Shown here piece after piece: positions 1 to 8,519 of a stretch of 64,000 nt of DNA. Numbering within the stretch: position 1 is the first letter of the stretch; every line of letters starts with the position of its first letter. The translations under genes and the position numbers were made by a program. The notes under the pieces were generated by a model, which saw nothing but the letters and a program-made list of their open reading frames with translations, made no database searches and was not told the DNA's origin. The stretch is from Bacteroidota bacterium. Lineage in GTDB: Bacteria > Bacteroidota > Ignavibacteria > UBA10030 > UBA8401. The DNA is taken from contig JAUXTU010000057.1 in assembly GCA_030679145.1 (NCBI GenBank), positions 1,220 to 65,219 on the forward strand, given 5' to 3'.

Positions 1-1
1 G

Positions 2-214
2 GAAAAAATCCGTAAAGGTGGCGGTGGTGCAGATATCAGCACCTTAGAAAAATTTGGAACAGTGTTAATTGGACTCAGTCCTGATCCACAGAGATATTTT
101 GACTATCATCATTCTCATAACGATACAATTGATAAGGTTCACCCGCGAGAATTGGAGTTGGGTGCGATTGCAATGGCAATACTTGCTTGGACTATTTCTC
201 AAGACGGCTTATAA
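2..214 (+). CDS. C-terminal fragment of an M28 family peptidase (carboxypeptidase Q-like); 5' truncated by the window edge
   Basis: Frame from nt 2 reads ...GGGGADISTLEKFGTVLIGLSPDPQRYFDYHHSHNDTIDKVHPRELELGAIAM...GL* (TAA 212-214). The YFDYHH..DT.DKV segment is typical of M28 C-termini. Not in the ORF track. Confidence 0.75.
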   Translation, partial: EKIRKGGGGADISTLEKFGTVLIGLSPDPQRYFDYHHSHNDTIDKVHPRELELGAIAMAILAWTISQDGL

Positions 215-235
215 ATTTATTGGTTTTATTAACAG

Positions 236-268
236 AATGGCGATTTTTATATCGCCATTTTTATTTTA
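236..268 (+). terminator. Intrinsic terminator after the M28 gene
   Basis: AATGGCGAT(236-244)/ATCGCCATT(251-259) 9-bp stem followed by a T-rich tract. Confidence 0.65.
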
Positions 269-289
269 AAAAATAATTAAAGAAAAGAC

Positions 290-328
290 TTGACAACATA
301 TCACTAATTAGTTATATTTGAATTAGTA
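290..328 (+). promoter_or_regulatory. Sigma70-type promoter of the marR operon with a candidate MarR operator
   Basis: TTGACA(290-295)-17 bp-TATATT(313-318); perfect palindrome ACTAATTAGT(303-312) in the spacer; extra AATTAGT half-site at 322-328. Confidence 0.65.
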
Positions 329-351
329 ATAATTAACGACGGAGCAACATA

Positions 352-813
352 TTGAAAACGACAGAAAAATACGGAAAAAACGCAGATTTAGCGCTTTCTA
401 TGTGGGTTAAGCTTGCCAGAGCAACCGATACTCTTGCAAGTATAACTGCAAAAGATATTGATACATATGGGTTAACAGTTCCCCAATTTGGAGTGATAGA
501 ATCTCTCGGACATTTGGGACCGATGAAGATCGGCGAGATGTGTTCCAAAAAACTGATGAGCGGTGGGAATATCACCGTTGTTGTAGACAATCTTGAAAAA
601 CAAGGATTGGTAGAAAGAACAAAGGATGAAAACGACCGTCGGGCATATGTTCTCAGGTTAACGACAAAAGGTGAAGAGAAATTCAAGGAGATGTTTCCTA
701 AGCATGCGATGTATGTAGAAAACGTGATCTCTTCAACATTAACGGAAGTTGAACTACAACAACTGTCAGCATTGTTAAAAAAATTAGGATTAGCGTTAAA
801 ACAAAAAAATTAA
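352..813 (+). CDS. MarR family transcriptional regulator (MhqR-like)
   Basis: GLTVPQFGVIESL, winged helix NITVVVDNLEKQGLVER..DENDRR...LRLT.KG; heads the detox operon. Confidence 0.9.
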   Translation: MKTTEKYGKNADLALSMWVKLARATDTLASITAKDIDTYGLTVPQFGVIESLGHLGPMKIGEMCSKKLMSGGNITVVVDNLEKQGLVERTKDENDRRAYVLRLTTKGEEKFKEMFPKHAMYVENVISSTLTEVELQQLSALLKKLGLALKQKN

Positions 814-861
814 ATACTAACAAACACTACATAAACAAAATAAACCAAAAGGAGCCCCACA

Positions 862-1437
862 ATGAAAAAGATTCTTGTATTAATTCTCACAGTAGCAGCA
901 TTAGGTGCCGCACAAAACAAATGGAAGATCGAAAAATCACACAGCAACGTCAATTTTGCTGTTACACATTTGATTGTTTCAGAAGTGACCGGAAAGTTCA
1001 AAGATTTTTCGGGAACGATTGAAAACTCAAAGGAAGATTTTTCTGATATGAAACTTGATATCGCAATCAATGCAAACAGCGTTGATACAGACGAGCCCAA
1101 GCGTGATGGACACTTAAAAGGTCCAGACTTTTTTAATGCGGCTGTTGATAGCATAGTAACATTTAAAAGCACAAAAGTAGAAAAGACCAGCGACGGTAAA
1201 TTTAAAGTAACTGGTGATCTTATGATGCGTGGAGTAACAAGGCAAGTTGTTCTAGATGTTCAATTAAAAGGAAAAACAAAAAATCCTTGGGGGCAGACTG
1301 TTGCAATCTTCAAATCAAATACGACTATTAATCGTACTGAATGGGGATTGAAATGGAATAAAGGTCTTGAAGCAGGTGGATTGCTTGTTGGTGAAAATGT
1401 CGATTTAACGTTCAATGTTGAACTTGTTCAAGGTTAA
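862..1437 (+). CDS. YceI family polyisoprenoid-binding protein with signal peptide
   Basis: WKIEKSHSNVNF, RDGHLKGPDFF, GDLMMRGVT, INRTEWGL; N-terminal MKKILVLILTVAALGAAQ. Confidence 0.9.
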   Translation: MKKILVLILTVAALGAAQNKWKIEKSHSNVNFAVTHLIVSEVTGKFKDFSGTIENSKEDFSDMKLDIAINANSVDTDEPKRDGHLKGPDFFNAAVDSIVTFKSTKVEKTSDGKFKVTGDLMMRGVTRQVVLDVQLKGKTKNPWGQTVAIFKSNTTINRTEWGLKWNKGLEAGGLLVGENVDLTFNVELVQG

Positions 1438-1463
1438 TTAACTTAAAAAAGAAAGAAAATATT

Positions 1464-2021
1464 ATGTCAAACGCAGTAGAAAATATAGATCTTAAAAAAT
1501 CATGGGTAATAGATGTTGCTCATACAAATATTAACTTTACAGTATCACACATGGTCATATCCGAAGTAACAGGGACTTTCAAGGAATTTGAAGGAACTGT
1601 TGTTGCATCAAACGATGACTTCAGTGATGCAGTTATTGATGTGCAGATTAAAGCAAAAAGTATCAATACAGAAAATAGCGATCGTGACAATCATCTTCGG
1701 AGTGTTGATTTCTTTGATGCTGAAAAATATCCTATTTTGACTTTTAAAAGCACTGATATTCAATCAAACGGAAACAGCAAGTTAACTATCACAGGTGATT
1801 TAACGCTTCGAGGAATAACAAAACAGGTCGTTCTTGATACTAAATTCAAAGGCCAAGCAGTCAATCCATGGGGACAGATCGTTGCAGCATTTAAGGCTAC
1901 GACAACAATCAATCGCAAAGAATGGGGATTGGTCTGGAATGCTGCATTGGAAGCGGGTGGATTTCTTGTTGGCGAAAATATTGAATTGAACCTTAATGTT
2001 GAACTTAATCAAGCTAAATAA
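1464..2021 (+). CDS. YceI family protein without signal peptide
   Basis: WVIDVAHTNINF, RDNHLRSVDFFDAEKYP, GDLTLRGITK, INRKEWGL. Confidence 0.9.
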   Translation: MSNAVENIDLKKSWVIDVAHTNINFTVSHMVISEVTGTFKEFEGTVVASNDDFSDAVIDVQIKAKSINTENSDRDNHLRSVDFFDAEKYPILTFKSTDIQSNGNSKLTITGDLTLRGITKQVVLDTKFKGQAVNPWGQIVAAFKATTTINRKEWGLVWNAALEAGGFLVGENIELNLNVELNQAK

Positions 2022-2087
2022 AGCTGCAAAAATGTCGGCAAATATTCATTTTGTTGATCTTTAGAGGTGTTTACTAAAGAGAAAATA

Positions 2088-2120
2088 GCACACTGCGCTG
2101 CTTAAAACGGTGCAGTGTGC
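2088..2120. other. Intergenic stem-loop without a U-tract (possible mRNA stabiliser or processing site)
   Basis: GCACACTGC...GCAGTGTGC inverted repeat between the second yceI and the dioxygenase gene. Confidence 0.4.
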
Positions 2121-2155
2121 ATTTGTGAAACAAGAATGACAATGAAAAAGGCGTT

Positions 2156-3118
2156 ATGAAGAATAAAATTTTAGGAATTCATCACATTACAGCAATGGCG
2201 AGTGATGCTCAACGTAATGTAGATTTTTATGTTTTAGTTCTTGGATTGCGATTTGTTAAAAAATCCATCAATCAGGACGCACCCGACGTGTACCATTTAT
2301 ATTATGGCGATGAGGTTGGAAGTCCAGGAACGGCGATGACTTTTTTCCCGTTTGGACGCGCTTCGCGTGGTACGAGAGGGAATGGTGAAATATCCCGCGT
2401 TGGATTTTCTGTTCCGACAATATCGAAGGATTTTTGGATTAATCATCTTTCAAAAAAAGGTATTTCTTTTTCCGGTCCAGAGCGGAAATTTGAAAATGAT
2501 ATTATGACATTTCTCGACCCAGATGGAATGATGATAGAGCTTGTTTTCAGTGATAAGCAGATATTAAAATTTCCGTGGAAGCAAGGTCCAATTCCTGTAG
2601 AACATGCAATTCGTAATTTTTTTGGAGTGACAATGAATCTGGCTTCATTAGAAGCATCTGCTACAGTTCTTAATGATGTTTTAGGATTTCATTCGGTTTC
2701 CCAAAATGGAAATACGCATCGCTTTTTAGTAGGCGAAGGAAGTGATGAAGCGGCAATAGATATTATTGTTAATCCAAATATTCCGTTTGCGCGCCAGTCA
2801 GCCGGTTCTGTTCATCATATTGCTTGGAGAGCGAAAGATTTTGTGGCGCATGAAGAATGGCAGCGGTTTGTTGAACAAGGTGGACTTTCTCCGACAGAAG
2901 TAATTGATCGTTTCTATTTTCATTCGATCTATTTTCGTGAGCCGGGCGGAGTATTATATGAAATTGCTTCTGATAATCCTGGATTCACTGTGGATGAACC
3001 ACTTGACCAACTTGGAACACACTTAATGCTTCCGCCGTGGTATGAAATACATCGGGAGAAGATTGAGCGGACGTTACCGCCAATTTCAATTCCAACATTT
3101 AATGAAATTTTAAAATGA
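2156..3118 (+). CDS. Ring-cleaving dioxygenase, VOC/glyoxalase family (MhqO/MhqA-like)
   Basis: GIHHITAMA, YHLYYGDEVGSPGTAMTFF, GSVHHIAWR, DRFYFHSIYFREPGGVLYEIASD.PGF. Confidence 0.9.
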   Translation: MKNKILGIHHITAMASDAQRNVDFYVLVLGLRFVKKSINQDAPDVYHLYYGDEVGSPGTAMTFFPFGRASRGTRGNGEISRVGFSVPTISKDFWINHLSKKGISFSGPERKFENDIMTFLDPDGMMIELVFSDKQILKFPWKQGPIPVEHAIRNFFGVTMNLASLEASATVLNDVLGFHSVSQNGNTHRFLVGEGSDEAAIDIIVNPNIPFARQSAGSVHHIAWRAKDFVAHEEWQRFVEQGGLSPTEVIDRFYFHSIYFREPGGVLYEIASDNPGFTVDEPLDQLGTHLMLPPWYEIHREKIERTLPPISIPTFNEILK

Positions 3119-3786
3119 TGAGAGAATTACATATCGTTTCTAAAGAAATTGCTCCTCACAATTCTTCGAAAATATTGATGGATGGAGTAGAGCTAGATAA
3201 AGCTAAGGCAGTGATGATTATGATTCACGGCCGCGGTGCAACAGCAGAAAGCATTTTAGATATTGCTCAATATTTTATTGTTGATGCTGTAACATATATT
3301 GCTCCGCAGGCAAATGGCGGAACGTGGTATCCTTATAGTTTTTTGATGCCGACAGAACAAAACGAGCCCGGAATCACATCAGGGCTGCAAAGAATTTCTG
3401 AGATTGTCGATCATGTAGTGACATCCGGAATTCCCGAACAGAAGATAATGCTTTTAGGGTTTTCACAAGGAGCGTGCCTTTCATTAGAATGGACAGCCCG
3501 AAGTAATAAAAAAATTGGAGCAGTTTTTGGACTCAGCGGTGGTTTAATTGGACCAAATGCAACATTGCGAAATTATTCGGGCACTTTGGAGAATACTTCG
3601 GTGTTTTTAGGTTGCAGTGATGTTGATTTTCATATACCGAAAGAGCGAGTAATTGAAAGTGCGGATATTTTTAAAAAATTAAATGCTTCTGTAACGATCA
3701 CGTTGTATCCGAATATGGCTCACACGGTAAATGATGATGAAATTGATCAAGTTAATTCAATAATGAGAGACGTAGCTAAAAAATAA
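3115..3786 (+). CDS. Phospholipase/carboxylesterase (alpha/beta hydrolase)
   Basis: IHGRG, GFSQG nucleophile elbow, D.HIP and HTV (catalytic Asp/His); ATGA overlap with the dioxygenase gene. Confidence 0.88.
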   Translation: MMRELHIVSKEIAPHNSSKILMDGVELDKAKAVMIMIHGRGATAESILDIAQYFIVDAVTYIAPQANGGTWYPYSFLMPTEQNEPGITSGLQRISEIVDHVVTSGIPEQKIMLLGFSQGACLSLEWTARSNKKIGAVFGLSGGLIGPNATLRNYSGTLENTSVFLGCSDVDFHIPKERVIESADIFKKLNASVTITLYPNMAHTVNDDEIDQVNSIMRDVAKK

Positions 3787-4502
3787 TGTTTATCGTTTAT
3801 CGACATAATGAATTAGTAGCGAATACTGATTTATGGGGAGAGTCCGCTGAGACCTTTTTCGGTTCGGATAATGAAAAATATTTAGGATTCGGAAACCTTG
3901 TTCAACTGAAACGGACATCATTAAAAAATGGTGCAGATCGTGCCCCGATGAAAATTCACAAGAACATAGAGGTCGTTGATATAATTTTGAACGGTTCGGT
4001 TGAATTTCAGGACAGTTCTGGACAAGTATCGTCGTTTCCGGCAAATACGCTGCAGGTTTTGTCTGCAGGAAAAGGTATTTATCAACAAGAGTTTAATTTG
4101 GGCGATACTGTTGTAGAAAAGATCCGGTTGGAATTTTTACCTGATATGTTGAATCAATCGGTGATAAAAACAAAAGCGCTGTTTGATCTGCAGAAAAATA
4201 AAAATTCATTTGTGGAATTGATTTCACCGTCCAATGCATCCTCATTAACAATTCGCCAGCAGGCAGCGGTTTTGCTTGGAGAATTTGCAGTGGATCAGCA
4301 TATTGGTTATAGGTTGAACAATAAAGCTGTCGGTTTATTCGTCTATGTGGTGAGCGGAAAGATTGCCATTCAAAATACAATACTTTCTTCCAGCGAAGCT
4401 GTTGGAATCACTGATGAGGAACAAACAATTTTACACACTTTAGAACCATCTATTTTATTAGTGATTGAAGTTGAATTAGTTGAACAATTGGAGAATTCAT
4501 GA
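3786..4502 (+). CDS. Pirin-family (YhhW-like) bicupin with degenerate metal ligands
   Basis: H..IEVV.I.L.G..E..DS.G and QVLSAGKGI...EFN pirin pattern, plus the C-terminal cupin. Confidence 0.75.
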   Translation: MFIVYRHNELVANTDLWGESAETFFGSDNEKYLGFGNLVQLKRTSLKNGADRAPMKIHKNIEVVDIILNGSVEFQDSSGQVSSFPANTLQVLSAGKGIYQQEFNLGDTVVEKIRLEFLPDMLNQSVIKTKALFDLQKNKNSFVELISPSNASSLTIRQQAAVLLGEFAVDQHIGYRLNNKAVGLFVYVVSGKIAIQNTILSSSEAVGITDEEQTILHTLEPSILLVIEVELVEQLENS

Positions 4503-4795
4503 GAACATTTATGGTCGAGGTACGTTTGCCATTCGATCCACCGCAGGAGTTTTTTACCCTTATTCCATCGCAACGGGCAATGGTGGTAGATCTTCTGACA
4601 AAGAGAAAATTTCTCAGTTATACACTCGCAGCTGACCGATCCAAAGTATGGATTGTAATGCTGGCAGAATCGGAAATTGATGCGCGTGAATTGCTCGAAA
4701 AGCAACCGATGGATAAATATTTCGGTTACACTTTTACGGAACTAATGTTTCATGATATGGCGGGAGCAATGTTCCCGGCAGTTTCATTGAATTAA
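4499..4795 (+). CDS. Small alpha/beta-barrel protein, muconolactone isomerase/YciI-like
   Basis: 98 aa, FMVEVRLP...QRAMV..L...KFLSYTLAADRSKVW pattern; overlaps the pirin stop codon. Confidence 0.55.
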   Translation: MRTFMVEVRLPFDPPQEFFTLIPSQRAMVVDLLTKRKFLSYTLAADRSKVWIVMLAESEIDARELLEKQPMDKYFGYTFTELMFHDMAGAMFPAVSLN

Positions 4796-4800
4796 ACTAC

Positions 4801-5673
4801 ATGAACAGAAAAGAATTTCTGACATTAGCAGCAGCGTTACCTTTTACAGGAAGTGTTATGAATCTCCATGGATTAAAAAATTTAGCAGATGATATCGCCA
4901 AAACCGAACGGATGCCATTACTGTTTGTTGGTCATGGCAATCCGATGAATGCCATTGAAGACAATAAATTCAGTAATAGTTGGAAAGATTTTGGAAAAAC
5001 ACTTCCGAAGCCGACAGCAATTCTATCTGTATCGGCACATTGGCTTACACGAGGGACAAGGGTGACTGCAATGGCAAAGCCAAGAACGATTCATGATTTT
5101 GGTGGTTTTCCTGAAAAATTATTTGCGCAGCAATATCCCGCTCCCGGAGCACCGGAACTAGCAAAAGAAACTCAAGCGCTCGTCACTAAACCGCATATTA
5201 TTCTTGATGACGATTGGGGATTTGACCATGGAACTTGGAGCGTTTTGATTCAGATGTTTCCGAAGGCCGATATCCCGGTTTTTCAGTTGAGCATCGATTA
5301 CAACCAATCAATGCAGTATCATTATAATATAGCTCAACAGTTGCAAGTGTTGCGGGAAAAAGGTGTTCTGATTATTGGAAGCGGAAATATCGTTCATAAT
5401 TTACAGGCAGTAACTTTTAACAGTAATAAACCTTATGATTGGGCATTAGAATTTGATGCCAACATCTCAAAATGGATTGAATCAGGAAATCATCAGGCAA
5501 TTCTCGATTTTCAAAAATTAGGAACACTGGCAAAGTCAGCACATCCAACCAATGATCATTTTTTGCCATTAATGTACGTTCTTGGATTCCAAAATAAGAA
5601 AGATACACCAACATTTTTTAATAATGATTTTGATATGAGCTCAGTTTCAATGAGGTCAGTGATATATCAGTAG
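4801..5673 (+). CDS. ygiD: 4,5-DOPA extradiol dioxygenase (YgiD/LigB family)
   Basis: LFVGHGNPMNAI, SVSAHW, IHDFGGFP, WGFDHGTWS, GSGNIVHNL, AHPTNDHFLPL. Confidence 0.9.
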   Translation: MNRKEFLTLAAALPFTGSVMNLHGLKNLADDIAKTERMPLLFVGHGNPMNAIEDNKFSNSWKDFGKTLPKPTAILSVSAHWLTRGTRVTAMAKPRTIHDFGGFPEKLFAQQYPAPGAPELAKETQALVTKPHIILDDDWGFDHGTWSVLIQMFPKADIPVFQLSIDYNQSMQYHYNIAQQLQVLREKGVLIIGSGNIVHNLQAVTFNSNKPYDWALEFDANISKWIESGNHQAILDFQKLGTLAKSAHPTNDHFLPLMYVLGFQNKKDTPTFFNNDFDMSSVSMRSVIYQ

Positions 5674-5676
5674 TTG

Positions 5677-5720
5677 AATCCTGATCAGGATTTTATCAGG
5701 CCCGCTTACGCGGGTTTTTC
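5677..5720. terminator. Palindrome plus terminator between convergent genes
   Basis: Perfect 16-bp palindrome AATCCTGATCAGGATT(5677-5692), then CCCGC-TTAC-GCGGG-TTTTT(5701-5719). Confidence 0.55.
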
Positions 5721-7056
5721 ATTGAAAGAAATAAAGGCGCACAAATATCAGTGTCCAGCTTCCGATGAGTGTTGCAGAAATTGATACGAAGATAATATTC
5801 TTATTTCTGTTGAACGAAAATTGCCTTTCTCTTATCACTTCTAGAGTATAAGAAGACAGAATGATGAATAAAGGCATAATTGGGATTCGAAATCTTGCAG
5901 CACCAAAAAAAACAAGATGCACCGAGATCCAGAGACATATCAACAATCCAAATAACAGGATGTATTTACTGCTTGTTTCGCTAGAGTATATTAAAGTCCA
6001 AAAGGCTGAAAGGATTATGACCATTGATAGTGTATGAAGAACAATTAAAACCAATGGAGAGAATTCACGATATATCAATAGACTGTTAGTATATTTTTGC
6101 CAGTCAGCTTTAAATTGTAATGAATACTGAAGCGCAAAATCCGGCTCAAAAAAATGCGCAAATTTTAGGCCTGCTAATTTCACTTCCTTTATTGGATTCT
6201 GTAATAAAAAGATAAATCCTTTCTTATACCCCAAAAGTGACTTATCAAACTCTGCCGTTACATATTCCAATGGATTATTTTCAGTAATATATCGATAGGA
6301 TCCATTGGCTTCCTCATTATGTCCGATCCAGAAATTGATTCCTCCGTTGCTTGTCAAAGAAAAATAATCGAATTGAATTTTATTTCTCATCATCCAGGGA
6401 GATAGAAAAAATGTAAAACTGAGCACGATGAATATGTTTCGTTGCAGAACAACCTTCCAAGATCTAAAGCTGATCAATTCCCAAACTATAAATGTTATTA
6501 GAACAACAGGTGCGTTCTGTCGCAATAATGTAAGTATGGCAAACAAACAGCCAATTATTATTTTCCATCGTAAGGAATTTCTTGTTGATTCATTTGTATA
6601 GAGAAAAATTATAACAAGAAAAAATGTTGTAAAAAATATTTCAGATAATAAGAGAGAAACATATAATGCATTTCCCGGAAAAATTGCATAGAGAAATGAT
6701 GCTAAATACGCAGTCCTACTGGAAAAAAGGCGGTTGGCGATTAGAAAAATAAATAGACAACTCAATGTGTCTGAAAACGACTGAATGACACGTATGACCG
6801 TGATGGATTTTCCAAATACAGTAAAACCAAATGCCATAATTGAAGGATATGCCGGAACTCTATACGCTGTTGGGATATTGTTTATTGAAAATCCATTTCC
6901 GGTTTGTAATGATTGCGCAAGTGATAAATATTCTTTCTCATCCATCAACTGGGGAGGAGTAAAATAAAGTGCTATGCAAATACGAATTAGTAAGGCAAGA
7001 CCAAGTATGGTTAGCAATAGACTAAACTGTCGTATTTTTGCGTAATAATTTCTCAT
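5719..7056 (-). CDS. GT39/ArnT-like polytopic membrane glycosyltransferase
   Basis: Many hydrophobic helices; N-terminal DE motif (MDEKEY), P.YP, LLSE, SPWMMRN, ARFRIP. Confidence 0.75.
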   Translation of the reverse strand: MRNYYAKIRQFSLLLTILGLALLIRICIALYFTPPQLMDEKEYLSLAQSLQTGNGFSINNIPTAYRVPAYPSIMAFGFTVFGKSITVIRVIQSFSDTLSCLFIFLIANRLFSSRTAYLASFLYAIFPGNALYVSLLLSEIFFTTFFLVIIFLYTNESTRNSLRWKIIIGCLFAILTLLRQNAPVVLITFIVWELISFRSWKVVLQRNIFIVLSFTFFLSPWMMRNKIQFDYFSLTSNGGINFWIGHNEEANGSYRYITENNPLEYVTAEFDKSLLGYKKGFIFLLQNPIKEVKLAGLKFAHFFEPDFALQYSLQFKADWQKYTNSLLIYREFSPLVLIVLHTLSMVIILSAFWTLIYSSETSSKYILLFGLLICLWISVHLVFFGAARFRIPIMPLFIILSSYTLEVIRERQFSFNRNKNIIFVSISATLIGSWTLIFVRLYFFQ

Positions 7057-7133
7057 TTGTTGTTAATATATGCAAAAACACTCATTGAAATCAGGAGAAA
7101 ATTGTTGTAATTTGATATTACAAACCATAACCG

Positions 7134-8519
7134 ATGACAATCTTACACGAAACGTACAAACAAGTCTTTAATCTACTCCAAGATTTCGCATTTTTGGTAG
7201 ATGGTTCAGCTCATATAATTGATATAAATTCAAAGGTCAAACAGCGGAACTTTACTCATGCAAATCTTATTGACTGCTTTTCTGAGGAAAGTAGAGCCCA
7301 GTTTAAGAGATCATTTCAAGACAAACCAATTACCTTTAGGACAGACTTCTTTTTTTCTGCGAAAGATCATTTATTCACCGAAGTAAATATTACACCACTG
7401 AATACAGAAAGAGAAGCAGTTTTTCTTGTTGTGGTGAAAGATATTACGGTTCAGCATGATAAAGAATTGGATCTTCTTCGTTTCTCTGAAGTGATACATC
7501 GAACGGTGAATCCTATTCAGATAACTAATCCAGAAGGTAAGATCATTTATGTCAACCCCGCGTATGTGAATATCAGCGGCTATTCAAGGGAAGAATTGAT
7601 TGGGAGAAATCCCAGTGTTTTGAATAGCGGTAAACATGGAAGTGATTTTTGGAAAAAAGTTTGGGCGAAGATTCTTACCGGTCAGCAATGGGTTGGTCAA
7701 ATACAAAATAAGCGAAAGTCGGGAGAATTGTTCCATACGGAACTTGTAATTTCTCCTATTGTTGACGAGCAAAAAAAAGTGATAGGATTTATGGGTGCTC
7801 ACAGGGATATTACTGAACAAAAGATCCTTGAACGTCAAGTTGTGCGCTCTCAGAAGATGGAAACATTCGGGACGCTTGCGGCGGGTATAGCACATGAAGT
7901 TGGGAATCCCCTGACATCAATTTCTGCCCTTGTTCAGTTAGTGCAAAGACAATCCAGTGATGATTTTGTGCAAGAGAAACTTGAATTAGTAAAGAATCAG
8001 ATCAACCGCATTTCAAAAATTCTTCGTGAGTTGGTTGATTTTTCCAGACCATCAACCCATGACATTAAAGATGTTAGCGTCAATTTGATCATACGAGAAG
8101 CACTTAATATTGTTCAGTACGGGAAAAAATCTCGCGCAACAGTGTTTGATGTTGCGTTGGAAGAAAATCTATCAATGGTCCACGCTGTTCCGGATCAATT
8201 ATTGCAGGTATATTTGAATATTTTAATGAACGCTGTAGATGCCTGCGAAGGAAAGCGTGGGCAGATTTTTGTTTCGAGTGCGGCTCGTGGAGAGTGTGTT
8301 GAAGCAGTATTTAAAGATAATGGATCGGGAATTTCGGAAAAGAACTTAGGAAAATTATTCGACCCATTCTTTACAACAAAAGAAGTTGGAAAAGGCACAG
8401 GTCTTGGTCTTTGGGTAAGTTTAGGAATTGTCAGAAATTTTGGAGGCGATATTTTTGTAGAAAGCGAAGAAGGAAAAAGCACAACGTTTACAGTACGATT
8501 ACCGGTTAAGGGAGCATAA
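7134..8519 (+). CDS. Cytoplasmic PAS-domain sensor histidine kinase
   Basis: PAS (IYVNPAY..ISGYSREELIGRNP), H-box AHEVGNPL, NA.DA, DNGSGI, FDPFFTTK.VGKGTGLGL; no TM helix seen. Confidence 0.9.
   Translation: MTILHETYKQVFNLLQDFAFLVDGSAHIIDINSKVKQRNFTHANLIDCFSEESRAQFKRSFQDKPITFRTDFFFSAKDHLFTEVNITPLNTEREAVFLVVVKDITVQHDKELDLLRFSEVIHRTVNPIQITNPEGKIIYVNPAYVNISGYSREELIGRNPSVLNSGKHGSDFWKKVWAKILTGQQWVGQIQNKRKSGELFHTELVISPIVDEQKKVIGFMGAHRDITEQKILERQVVRSQKMETFGTLAAGIAHEVGNPLTSISALVQLVQRQSSDDFVQEKLELVKNQINRISKILRELVDFSRPSTHDIKDVSVNLIIREALNIVQYGKKSRATVFDVALEENLSMVHAVPDQLLQVYLNILMNAVDACEGKRGQIFVSSAARGECVEAVFKDNGSGISEKNLGKLFDPFFTTKEVGKGTGLGLWVSLGIVRNFGGDIFVESEEGKSTTFTVRLPVKGA

Noticed and set aside
69-269. 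66-aa ORF from the track
   Set aside because: It is an out-of-frame overlap of the M28 peptidase tail and its terminator
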